IMG/VR virus record: IMGVR_UViG_3300042361_000498
DNA: 64,000 bases
Strand: one strand, 5' to 3'
Source: a virus
Lineage: Duplodnaviria > Caudoviricetes
The translations under genes and the position numbers were made by a program. The notes beneath the pieces were generated by a model. The model was not told the DNA's origin. It ran no database searches and saw only the letters and a list, made by a program, of their open reading frames with translations. Positions within the stretch are counted from its first letter, which is position 1, and each line of letters begins with the position of its first letter. Below, one piece after another: positions 25,962 to 36,600 of this stretch.

Positions 25962-26894
25962 ATGTCAGCAGTTAGACCTACGGATAATACTGGAGTAATA
26001 GTTGATGAGTTCATTCGTTATGCAACTCAACATTTAACTACTGTAACCGGCGTTATATCAACAACATCTTTATATCCACCTTTGGGTACACCCGGACCGG
26101 GTATTATAAATTGGACAGGTTATACAGTTCCCCCAGCAGCACCATCAATACCTATTGGTCAAGTTGATACATCTGCAATAGAAATGACACCTGAACAAGA
26201 AGCAATAGCTGAAAGAGCATCACAAAGGGGAGCTGATTTAAATTCTGCAACCGCAGCTGCACTATCTGGTGTGGAATATACAGGCGGTTCTTCTGGTGGA
26301 GGTGGTGGAGGTGGTAGTGATTCTGGCGGTGTAGTATCTTTATCCGCAGATAAATTGCCGGTTGATGGTGTTGAAAAAATACCTAATTACAAAACAAGTG
26401 TAAAAGTTCCACCCGAAATAGTTGTTGCTATGAGAAAATATGGAGTGGGTAGAAGTCCTTTGGAAAGAGCACACTTTTTAGCACAATGTGCTCACGAAAG
26501 TGGAGGATTTATTTATAGAGAAGAATTGGCAAGTGGAGCTGCATATGAAGGTAGACGTGATTTGGGTAATACACAACCTGGCGATGGTGTACGATATAAA
26601 GGTAGGGGATATATTCAATTAACGGGTAGAGCAAACTATACAAAATTTGGACCTGTTGCTGGTGGTGATTTTGTAGGAAATCCAAGAGTAGTTGCACAGC
26701 AATATTATGCTGATACCGCTTGTTTATTTTGGAAATCAAATAGTTTAGGTCCAAAATGTGTTAATTCATCGATTGATACTATTAAAGTTGTAACTAAAAG
26801 AATCAATGGTGGTTATAATGGATTGAACGATAGAGTAAGTAGATTTGCAGTTTATTGGAGAGAATTACAAAGAGACCCGACACTTTGGGCATAA
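25962..26894 (+). CDS. Virion-associated GH19 lysozyme/chitinase-like glycosidase
   Basis: AHFLAQCAHESGGF, YEGRRDLGNTQPGDGVRYKGRGYIQLTGRANY, KRINGGYNGLNDR. Confidence 0.92.
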   Translation: MSAVRPTDNTGVIVDEFIRYATQHLTTVTGVISTTSLYPPLGTPGPGIINWTGYTVPPAAPSIPIGQVDTSAIEMTPEQEAIAERASQRGADLNSATAAALSGVEYTGGSSGGGGGGGSDSGGVVSLSADKLPVDGVEKIPNYKTSVKVPPEIVVAMRKYGVGRSPLERAHFLAQCAHESGGFIYREELASGAAYEGRRDLGNTQPGDGVRYKGRGYIQLTGRANYTKFGPVAGGDFVGNPRVVAQQYYADTACLFWKSNSLGPKCVNSSIDTIKVVTKRINGGYNGLNDRVSRFAVYWRELQRDPTLWA

Positions 26895-26916
26895 ATCCCA
26901 AAAATAAACAAATCAA

Positions 26917-26925
26917 ATATTTATA
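26917..26925 (+). promoter_or_regulatory. ATATTTATA putative late promoter
   Basis: 24 nt before the ATG at 26950. Confidence 0.6.
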
Positions 26926-26949
26926 TTAACAACAACGAAAGATAATCAA

Positions 26950-27456
26950 ATGAATACGGATAAATTATTAAAAGCTATTCAAATTCTTATCAAAGAGGAG
27001 TTAAAACAACAACTCCCTGCTTTGATTAAAGAAGGAGTGAAAGCGGAAATGAAAAAGGTTTTAGCGGAAGGAAATACTAAACCACAACCTAAAAAAGAAA
27101 GTGAAGGATTTTCAATGGCTAAAGCAATATTGGGGAATGATACTATTAAGGAATCGGTTGAAACTAAAGTAGTAGAAACTAAACAATTTAGTAAAAACCC
27201 AATTATTAATCAAATTTTAAATGAAACAAGAGGTGGTATCCCACAAGGTGATGGTGGTTTTAGAACAATGAATTTTGGACAAGGTGATATGGGGTCTGTT
27301 GTAGGTAGAACTGCAGTAGCTGATAAAATGGGATATGGTGATTTAGCTAGAGGACCTCAACCAAGTGGATTAGGTGTTCAAACTGGGGTGCCTGAATTGG
27401 ATAAAGCATTGAACAGAGATTATTCAGAATTAGTAAAACGATTTAATAAAAAATAA
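26950..27456 (+). CDS. Hypothetical protein, possibly an internal head/core protein
   Basis: Repeated hydrophobic-x-E sites (LIKE, VLAE, IKES, ILNET). Confidence 0.6.
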   Translation: MNTDKLLKAIQILIKEELKQQLPALIKEGVKAEMKKVLAEGNTKPQPKKESEGFSMAKAILGNDTIKESVETKVVETKQFSKNPIINQILNETRGGIPQGDGGFRTMNFGQGDMGSVVGRTAVADKMGYGDLARGPQPSGLGVQTGVPELDKALNRDYSELVKRFNKK

Positions 27457-27878
27457 TGGCAGTATTATTAGGTCAAAGGATGGTTAAAGATACAATTGCA
27501 TATAACGATTATGCTATTGGTATTACATTGCCATTACAAATAGGAAATAATGCATTTAATCAATCATTTAAAACAATTGACCAAGTAAAAACAAATATTA
27601 AAAACCTTTTATTAACAAAAAGAAAAGAAAGAGTAATGCAACCGGAATTGGGTAGTGGCTTACAAGAATTACTTTTTGATTTTAATGATGACTTTTTAGC
27701 TGATGAAATAGAAGAAGTTATTACAAACAGTATGGAAAAGTGGTTGCCATACGTTACTATTGAAGAAATTGATGTTAGACAGACTGATGAATTTAAGGAT
27801 ACCAATCGTGTTGAAATTTCATTAACATTTAGTATAACAAATAATGTAGGTATGGAGACAGTAACCTTTACAGTATAA
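27456..27878 (+). CDS. Baseplate wedge subunit, gp25-like
   Basis: QVKTNIKNLLLTKRKERVMQPELGSGLQELLFD...EKWLPYVTIEEI. Confidence 0.88.
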   Translation: MAVLLGQRMVKDTIAYNDYAIGITLPLQIGNNAFNQSFKTIDQVKTNIKNLLLTKRKERVMQPELGSGLQELLFDFNDDFLADEIEEVITNSMEKWLPYVTIEEIDVRQTDEFKDTNRVEISLTFSITNNVGMETVTFTV

Positions 27879-27882
27879 AAAA

Positions 27883-29919
27883 ATGGCATTAACTACAATA
27901 AATAAGAATTTTAAAAACAAAGGAAAAGATATAAAATATCTAAATAAAGACTTTGCTGCATTTAGAGAAAACTTAATTGAATTTTCTAAAACATATTTTC
28001 CAAAAACATATTCTGATTTTAATGAAACATCACCTGGTATGATGTTTATTGAATTAGCATCGTATGTTGGTGATTCATTATCTTATTATGTAGATGATAC
28101 TTTAAAAGAATCATTAATGCCATACGCTGAAGATATTCAAAGTGTAATTGCATTATCTCAATTTTTGGGATATAAACCAAAAGTAACATCTCCAGCAATA
28201 ACAAATGTATCGGTATATCAATTAATTCCATCAATTGGAAGTGGTGTTAATAACAAACCAGATGAAACATATTTTCTTAGAATAAAAGAAGGTATGCGAT
28301 TACAATCTACTGAAAATGATATTTTATTTAGAACAACAGACGTAGTTGATTTTAATGATGAAAACAATAGAGAGATTACAATTTACGAAAGAGATGTAAA
28401 TACTGGAGAACCTACTTTTTATTTGGTTAAAAAATATGTACAAGCAATATCAGCTATCACATCGGAAAGAACATTTACGTTTGGAGCATATCAACCATTT
28501 CAATCAATAACATTAGATGAAACGAACATTATTCAAATATATGATGTTAGGGATTCGAATGGAAACAAATATTATGAAGTTCCATATTTGGGACAAGAAA
28601 TGGTGTATATTGAACAACCAACAACAGAATCAAATGATGCTGAATTATATCAATTTAAAACAACAGTTCCATATATTCTTAAAACTATAAAAACACCAAG
28701 AAGATTTGTAGCAAAAGTAAATCAAAATAGTACAACTACATTACAATTTGGAGCAGGTGACCCATCCGCATCGGATGAACAATTAATACCAAATCTTAAA
28801 AATGTAGGACTTGGTTTACCAAACTCAATTAGTAGATTGGAAGAATCATTTGACCCAACTAATTTTTTAAAAACAAAAACGTATGGAACATCTCCATCAA
28901 ACACAAGTATTATTGTTAAATATTTTGTAGGTGGTGGTATTAGTTCAAATATAGTTAAAGGTGATTTGACTAGAATAGTTGGAATAGAATATGAAGATGA
29001 TATTGATTCATTTACAAATGCACAAATAGCAACATATAATAGTATTAAAAATTCAGTAGCAGTTGATAACGAAATACCCGCAACAGGTGGTAGAGATGGT
29101 GAAACTATTGAAGAGATTAGACAAAACGCATTGGCAAACTTTGGTGCACAAAATAGAGCAGTAACTGCAAAAGATTATCAAGTTAGAGCATTATCATTAC
29201 CATCAAAATATGGTGGTGTTGCTAAAGCATTTGCAACTGCAGATGGTACATTGGATAATAATTCACCTGCTTCTATATTAGCATCACCAAATCATTTACA
29301 AGAGTTTACGGATTTGGTTATGAGTTTTGTTAATAAGCCTGATTCAGAAGAACCAACTATACAATCCGTTAAGCAAGATATTACAACATATTTAATTGGT
29401 AAAGATTCCAACTTAAAGGAAAAAAATAATCCGTTTGCAATTAACCTCTATTTGTTGGGATATGATTTAAACGGAAATCTTACAAATCTTAATAAAGCAG
29501 TAAAAGAAAATCTTAAAACTTATATGAACGAATACCGAATGTTGACAGATGGTGTTAATATAAGTGATGGGTATATTATAAATATTGGTGTTGAGTTTGA
29601 TATTATCATATATAACAACTACAACAAAAGTGAAGTACTTACTAAATGTATTACTGAATTGAAAGATTATTTTAATATAGATAATTGGACATTCAATCAA
29701 ACAATTAATTTAAGCGAAGTAGAATTACTAATAGCAAACGTTGAAGGTGTATCATCAGTACCAATGATGAAAATAACAAATAAATGTGGTGGAAATTATT
29801 CACCAAATTCATATAACGTAGATGCTGCAACTAAAGATAAAATTGTATATCCATCGTTAGACCCATCTATTTTTGAAATTAAGTTTCCGGATTCAGACAT
29901 TAAAGGACGAGTAAGATAA
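27883..29919 (+). CDS. Baseplate wedge subunit, gp6/baseplate-J-like
   Basis: KDFAAFRENLIEF...SDFNETSPGMMFIELASYVGDSLSYYVD; GGRDGETIEEIR...QNRAVTAKDY. Confidence 0.88.
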   Translation: MALTTINKNFKNKGKDIKYLNKDFAAFRENLIEFSKTYFPKTYSDFNETSPGMMFIELASYVGDSLSYYVDDTLKESLMPYAEDIQSVIALSQFLGYKPKVTSPAITNVSVYQLIPSIGSGVNNKPDETYFLRIKEGMRLQSTENDILFRTTDVVDFNDENNREITIYERDVNTGEPTFYLVKKYVQAISAITSERTFTFGAYQPFQSITLDETNIIQIYDVRDSNGNKYYEVPYLGQEMVYIEQPTTESNDAELYQFKTTVPYILKTIKTPRRFVAKVNQNSTTTLQFGAGDPSASDEQLIPNLKNVGLGLPNSISRLEESFDPTNFLKTKTYGTSPSNTSIIVKYFVGGGISSNIVKGDLTRIVGIEYEDDIDSFTNAQIATYNSIKNSVAVDNEIPATGGRDGETIEEIRQNALANFGAQNRAVTAKDYQVRALSLPSKYGGVAKAFATADGTLDNNSPASILASPNHLQEFTDLVMSFVNKPDSEEPTIQSVKQDITTYLIGKDSNLKEKNNPFAINLYLLGYDLNGNLTNLNKAVKENLKTYMNEYRMLTDGVNISDGYIINIGVEFDIIIYNNYNKSEVLTKCITELKDYFNIDNWTFNQTINLSEVELLIANVEGVSSVPMMKITNKCGGNYSPNSYNVDAATKDKIVYPSLDPSIFEIKFPDSDIKGRVR

Positions 29920-30986
29920 TGATATATTTTTTAACAGCATCTAAAGATGCAACATTGTATTTACAGCAACCCAATCAAAATACTGGGCTTGATGAGATAT
30001 TGGAAATAAATAAAGTATATTATGGAAATATAAAAGATATAACCCATGCTTTACTTAAATTTGAAATGGGGTATCTATCATCTTCAATTGTAAGTGGTGA
30101 TGTATCAATGAGTAATGCAACTCTTATTTTGAGAGAAACCGAAAGTAATGAGATACCATTAGATTACACAATATTTGCAAATGCATTATCTGGCAGTTGG
30201 GAAATGGGTAAAGGTAATCGATTTGATGAAATTGAAACCGCCGGTGTAACTTGGAATTATAGAGATGGTGATAATAGTGTTGAATGGTTAGAAAACACTT
30301 TTAACACAAACACAACTGCTAGTGTAAATAATGGAACTGGTGGTACTTGGTGGACTAATTATCAGGCATCTCAAGGATATAGTTATCAAACTGCTGATAT
30401 TGAAATGGATGTTAAATCTATTTTAAGAGGATGGGTAAGTGGTTCTATTCCAAACGATGGTTTTATTTTAAGGAGAGATGTTGACAAAGAAAGAGATACA
30501 AATGATTACGGTCAACTTAAATTCTTTTCAAAAGAAACGCATACAATTTATCAACCAAAAATTAGAATAGGTTGGGATGACCAAAAAATTGTAACTGGTT
30601 CACTAACCGAATTAACAACCGAAGATATAAAAGTTAGTATATCTAATTTAAAGAAAGAATATAAATTAAATAGTATTCCAAAATTAAGAGTGTTGGGTAG
30701 AGAATTATATCCATTAAAAACATTTACAAGCACATTTGCATATAATGATGTTAAGTATTTACCCGAAACTACATATTATCAAATAAAAGATTTACATTCA
30801 AACGATGTAATAATCCCCTTTTCGGAATATTCAAAAGTAAGTTGTGATTCAATTGGTAACTATATAAATTTAAATCTTTCCAATTGGGAGGTTGATAGAA
30901 AATATAAAATAGAATTTAAAATAGATAGAGATGGTTCTATTTCTTATTTTGATGATAATATAATATTTGGTGTAATTAAGTACTAA
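29919..30986 (+). CDS. Structural protein with DNRLRE-like beta-sandwich domain
   Basis: KDATLY...NTG...ALLKF...ATLIL...GWVSGSIPNDGFIL...FFSKE...QPKIRI. Confidence 0.45.
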   Translation: MIYFLTASKDATLYLQQPNQNTGLDEILEINKVYYGNIKDITHALLKFEMGYLSSSIVSGDVSMSNATLILRETESNEIPLDYTIFANALSGSWEMGKGNRFDEIETAGVTWNYRDGDNSVEWLENTFNTNTTASVNNGTGGTWWTNYQASQGYSYQTADIEMDVKSILRGWVSGSIPNDGFILRRDVDKERDTNDYGQLKFFSKETHTIYQPKIRIGWDDQKIVTGSLTELTTEDIKVSISNLKKEYKLNSIPKLRVLGRELYPLKTFTSTFAYNDVKYLPETTYYQIKDLHSNDVIIPFSEYSKVSCDSIGNYINLNLSNWEVDRKYKIEFKIDRDGSISYFDDNIIFGVIKY

Positions 30987-30987
30987 G

Positions 30988-32076
30988 ATGATAAAAACAG
31001 GTTTACAAAATGAAGCAATAATATCCGAACTTTTAGTTAGTGGTTCGCAAATCATTGATACTAAAAATGATTTTGGAGTTTATATGTTTGAAGATAAAGA
31101 AACTTCGGATGGTATTGTATTTGGTAAATTACAAAAACCAAAATATAATGAAACAGAAATAATAAAATCAATTGATACAACTATTGTAGAATTATTACCA
31201 TTAGAAGTACCAAATTTACCAGAAACTGTTCTTAAATTTATCTATGATGCTAAAGTTGCGGAAGTTGCGGATTTGACGGAAAATATTAGAGAACTAAATA
31301 CTGAAATATCATCTTTAGAGGGAACTATAAGTGGTTTAGAAACCGAACTTGAGGCAATGAGAATTGATATGGATAATAAAGATTTGTTACTTGCGGTTGC
31401 GGAAAACAATGCACAACAATCAACAACTAAAGTTCAGAGTTCAATACAAGAATTACAAAACGCTATCCAAAGAGCAACTGCTGAATCTGTACAAAGAGTT
31501 TCGGCATATGCTAGAAATGAATCTTTAAAAGGACAGGTAACACAATATGAAGAGCAGGTAAGTACATCTACAAAACAAATAATTTCATTAAATGAATCAA
31601 TACGTCTGCAAAATAATACCATTTTTGAAAAGGATAGTGCAATAGATGCATTAAGTAGAGATAACTCCGCACTTCAAACAAATTTAATAAGAAGTACTAC
31701 CGCCAATAAGAAGGGAAAAATTATTTGTAACATGCTTTATGAGCAAGGATTTATACCTCAACACATATGGGCAGCAGATGAGGCATTTGGTGAGATGATG
31801 TTGAAAGAAAATAGACACGTTGCTATGGGTTACTTAATGTGGGCACAATCTGTTGTGGATTATTTTACTAAAAACTCACAATATTCTAAGTATCTATATG
31901 TAGCAGTTAAACCTTGGTCAGAACATATGGCACACATAATGGGTGTATTACCAAACGATAATTTAATTGGTAAAGGATTGCACTTTGTAGGTTGCCAATA
32001 TTCATTGATTATTTATAATGTAGTTAAATTAAAAAGAAAATATAAAAAGAAAAAATTATCATTGGGATGGCTATAA
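30988..32076 (+). CDS. Coiled-coil structural protein with C-terminal KIIC...GY..WA domain
   Basis: Central ~150-aa coiled coil; KIICNMLYEQG...WAADEAFG...GYLMWAQSVV. Confidence 0.6.
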   Translation: MIKTGLQNEAIISELLVSGSQIIDTKNDFGVYMFEDKETSDGIVFGKLQKPKYNETEIIKSIDTTIVELLPLEVPNLPETVLKFIYDAKVAEVADLTENIRELNTEISSLEGTISGLETELEAMRIDMDNKDLLLAVAENNAQQSTTKVQSSIQELQNAIQRATAESVQRVSAYARNESLKGQVTQYEEQVSTSTKQIISLNESIRLQNNTIFEKDSAIDALSRDNSALQTNLIRSTTANKKGKIICNMLYEQGFIPQHIWAADEAFGEMMLKENRHVAMGYLMWAQSVVDYFTKNSQYSKYLYVAVKPWSEHMAHIMGVLPNDNLIGKGLHFVGCQYSLIIYNVVKLKRKYKKKKLSLGWL

Positions 32077-33575
32077 GAACATTTAAAGAGATTATAGATA
32101 ATAAAGGATATCGTATTGAAGCCAGAGATAGAGAAATTTTTGAGCAGGGAAACCTACAATCTTTTTTTGGATTAGGTGACCAAGATGCTATTGAGTTTAT
32201 TATGTACGATACAAATGATAATCAACTTCCTCAAAAAAATGGAAATTTGGTTACATATGTTACACTATCAACCCAAAACATAAAAGATTACATACTATTA
32301 CCAGAAGGTACTATATTCCAAAGATATCAGTTTCCAAAAGAATATTTTGTAGATATTGAACGATTGATTAAAGAAGCTGGATACGATAGTGGTATTTTTA
32401 AAACTCAAATAACTTTAATAAATAAAAGAGTTGGTAGTGAGCAAAAATACAATAAACTTTGGATAAATGAAATATCACCATCAAGAACTGAAATTAGATT
32501 AGTTCCATTAAAAAAAGGATTAGAAACTAATCCAGAATTAAGAGAACGATTTAATTTAATGATAAGAGATGGTAATTTTAGAGATGATACTATATATTTT
32601 GTATTTAAATTTATTGAAAATATAACTCCTACAAAAATATCATCTTATATGAGAGATAGATATTCAGAGAAATTTTTAGTTAGATTAAAAACAGAATTTA
32701 AAATACAGGATTTTGAAACATTTGTAAGTAGAGTATATGATACATTTGTAGAATCTTCTGCCTATGAATTTACAAATAGAATATCTGAATTAAATAATGT
32801 AAACTATGGAAAACCAAAAAATAGTAGACCTTCAATTGAATTAACTAAAAGTACCATTGTATCAATTTGTCAAAGATTATTAATAGCATCTTTAGATTAT
32901 CATTTGTTAAGACCTGATGTTAAAACAACAACTACATTTGATGCAGGTAATGATGCTAGTTATGATGAAGTGGGTAAAGTTTTACAAAGATTAAATTCAG
33001 ATACTAGAATTGATACAAGAAGTCCTATTATTGAATTAGTAAAGCAATCTCCACCAGTACTTACGCCTGTTCAAGAAAAAATACGAATTGTAATTAGAAA
33101 GGAAACTCCTATTGATAAAACACTTCCAATATCAACACCTGTTGATTTTCCGGTCGTAGAACCCGAACCACCAAGACAAGAACCTGAAGTTATTGTAATG
33201 AGAAAATATATGGTTTCTAATTTGGCAAGACAAAGAGATGGGGCTGGTCAAATGGTAGTTGTTAGATATCAGAACGAATTTAAAGATGGTAAACAAATAC
33301 AATTGCAAGGTGGGGATTCAATTGATATTTGTGCTTTGCAAAATAGTATAAATATTGAAGACCCTGATGTTAGGATGATGGTAAAAGATGTAGGTCCTTG
33401 TGATAAAGCCTATGAACGAGTATCACCAGCAATCCCTACCGATGAACCTCGTGGAGGCGCAGCCGCTGGAAGCGGTGGTGGGGGTACGACCGGTGGGGTG
33501 ATTGGGAGAAATGATAGATTTGAAACTGGTAATACTACATTCTTTGAAGACCCATCCGTACAAAATATGATATAG
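32067..33575 (+). CDS. Baseplate-region structural protein, function unknown
   Basis: Co-oriented in the wedge operon; LWINEISPSRTEIRL. Confidence 0.65.
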   Translation: MAIRTFKEIIDNKGYRIEARDREIFEQGNLQSFFGLGDQDAIEFIMYDTNDNQLPQKNGNLVTYVTLSTQNIKDYILLPEGTIFQRYQFPKEYFVDIERLIKEAGYDSGIFKTQITLINKRVGSEQKYNKLWINEISPSRTEIRLVPLKKGLETNPELRERFNLMIRDGNFRDDTIYFVFKFIENITPTKISSYMRDRYSEKFLVRLKTEFKIQDFETFVSRVYDTFVESSAYEFTNRISELNNVNYGKPKNSRPSIELTKSTIVSICQRLLIASLDYHLLRPDVKTTTTFDAGNDASYDEVGKVLQRLNSDTRIDTRSPIIELVKQSPPVLTPVQEKIRIVIRKETPIDKTLPISTPVDFPVVEPEPPRQEPEVIVMRKYMVSNLARQRDGAGQMVVVRYQNEFKDGKQIQLQGGDSIDICALQNSINIEDPDVRMMVKDVGPCDKAYERVSPAIPTDEPRGGAAAGSGGGGTTGGVIGRNDRFETGNTTFFEDPSVQNMI

Positions 33576-33591
33576 GATAATTTAAAATAAA

Positions 33592-33600
33592 ATATTTATA
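33592..33600 (+). promoter_or_regulatory. ATATTTATA putative late promoter
   Basis: 28 nt before the ATG at 33629. Confidence 0.6.
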
Positions 33601-33628
33601 AAATAACAATACAATAATAAAATAATAA

Positions 33629-36600
33629 ATGGCTGCACCAAAACAAATAGGATATGATGATTATGGAAATCCATTATTGGATGAATCTGGCGCACCTTTA
33701 TTTATTGGTGAGGGTAGTGGTGGGAATCCAATAGGTTCACCAGCATTCGCACCCACTCCACCACCTGCTACTCTTCCCCAGTCCACATCATATACATTTC
33801 GTCTTGAAAACATAACTGGTGATGATGTAGTATTTTCTTATCAAGCTCCTAATTCTGTTTATAAAAATGTAACTGTTTTTGCATATTCAAACAGAGAAGT
33901 TTGTGCTATACCAGACACATTTACATATCCACCTGGTTTAGATGTTACTCAATTAAGTCCCTGTGATAATCCAACTGGTGGAACTCCATCAACACCGGGT
34001 GGAAGTACCGAACCGATTGATGGTATTGGGCGAACTCCTGCACCTGTATCTGCAACTAAATTTAATCTTAGAATTATAAGTGCAAATGCTGCTGGTAGTA
34101 CTCAAAAATATGTAATAAATGGAAAAGAATATTCCGAAGCAACTAATTATGAGTTTGATATAAATGATTTTAAGAATGCAGTTGAAATTATACCAAATTA
34201 CAACAATAAATTATATAATTTAAAAAACGCGTTTAGAATACATACACAACGTAGTGGAACATTAGCTATTTTTGAAACTCTAACAAAGTATGGTTCTGAT
34301 AATTCTGGTTCCGAAATTAATAGATTTTTTGATACATTCCCAACAGATATTACAGTAACATTTGATTATGAACCATTTGCATTACCACCCCCAACAAATG
34401 ATTCTGTTGAATTACAACTTGAATTGGATGGTCAAAGTGAGTCTGCAGTAGTTTTATTAGATAGTGGAGTGGAATATCTTGTAAAATCTGGATATTCGGT
34501 AATAAATGTTAAATTAGGCAGTACTTTTAAATTATATTCCAATGGTAGCGATTATAATGTAACAAGATTACTTGGTATAGAATCACAAGGTGATAGAGAT
34601 GTTACTGCATTTGATTTAAATGCCAATGCAACAACACCCTCACTTGAATTAAGTTATAGAGTAAAACAATCAGTAAAAGTTTTCATAACAACTAATTCGG
34701 TACAAAGGGTTGAAAGTAGACCAAAAATAGTTCCTGGTATTAGTTTTACTGCTGGTGATAGTAGAGAATATAATACAAATTCTGAAACTGGTGTTGCATT
34801 TACAATCGGAAAATCTGGCGGTGTAAGCAGAATTAGAGTATCTGTAAATAATCAAGAATACACATTTAGTGATTTAGGCAGTGATGGTGAAACAATAATT
34901 TATTTACCTGATGCAGCATTCCCAACACCTGGTCAATATAGAATTATAATGGTCCCATCCAATGGAAATGGTGATGGGAATCCAATAGAAGGACTTGTAA
35001 GTGCATTTGCAGATTTTTGGGTAGGTGTTCCTGATATTAGAGATATTGTATATCCATCGGTATTAAGAGGACCTGATTATACTGGAACTAATGTTGATTT
35101 TGATTTAAGTTATAAAACAGTTAATGCTGATTTTGTTAGAATATCAAAAGAGGGTAGTTCACAATATATTCAAGGACCTGCATCTGGTACTATAAAATTA
35201 AATGTACAACAAATTTTAGATTTAGATAATACTCTTACTTCGGAAGATGAAGATAAGATTTCATTTACTTTAAAATTAGTTGCATATAACATAAGTGGGT
35301 TATCACCTGTTATAAGTAGAGAAGAATTTATTACAATTCTATTTGATAAGGGTGATTTAATAATCCCAAGACCATTAGCAATGAATAGAATTGCCGATGG
35401 TTTCTTTTCACAATTTAATACAAATGTATTTGCAGATGAAACTTCAAAATATTTAACACACTTATTACATTTAGGCGATGGTGATAACAAAGTAGTTACT
35501 ACGTGGGTTGGAAGTGATAATAGTTTAATATTAAAATTATACGAACCATTAACAACGGCAGTACAAGCAAATCAACAAGTTTGGATTTCAAAATTACAAT
35601 CAAATCCAATTGTTGAAACTGTAACTTTAAAAAACGAAGTAGATGAATTTTGCCCTCCATTAAAAGGACCTAATTTCAGTTTAGATACATCCGTTGGTAT
35701 TGGATATAAAGTGTTTGATGAATTGACTGCAAGTGGTTCATATACTTCAAACGATATTGTAAACAAATATTTGGAGGGTAATGGAATTGATACATCTAAA
35801 TTAAATATATCATATGCAAGTGGTTCTGTTTATTTGTTTAATAATTTTGTAAATTTTAGTTCTGCTGAAGAAAGAGTAAATAACTTTTTTTATAAAGTAC
35901 AATTAATAGAAACTTATAAAGATAAATATACAAGATTAATAGCAGATACATTTACAAATCCATACATAGATTTACAATCAAATTTATTAGCAGAATATGA
36001 CGCTACAAATGCAGATGTATTTTTAACAACATATAGTTCTCAAAACAATGCAAATTTAATAACTGAAGATACTATATTTGATTTAATTCAATGGGAGATT
36101 AATCAACCAAAAGGTACTGCTCAAATTTCCGAAGCTAAAAATATATTAGAAAAAGCAAATGTTTTAATTAGAGGACTTGATGGATTTGAAAAATGGTTAT
36201 ATACGGATTTAATATATTCAGATAGTTTATCATACCCAAAAACTACTTCAACAAACGGTCTTACTGGTTTAACTACTTATGTTTTAAAACCAACTACCGA
36301 TAGTGAAGTTACTGCTTGGTATGAATCTTTAATTAATTTGGCGTATGAATTTGACAAATACAATCCAAATTATTTAGTAAACAATATACCTGAATTTATA
36401 AAAGAAGATTATGATAATAATGATTTCATACTTTTCTTAGATATGATTGGGCAACATTTTGATATTATTTGGGTTTATATTAAAGCATTATCTGGAAACA
36501 AATTATTAGAAGAAAAACAATTTAAAGGAGCTACAAATAATCTTATATATTACCTATTGGAATCAATGGGTTGGGATGGTAAGAGAGCGTTTGATTCACA

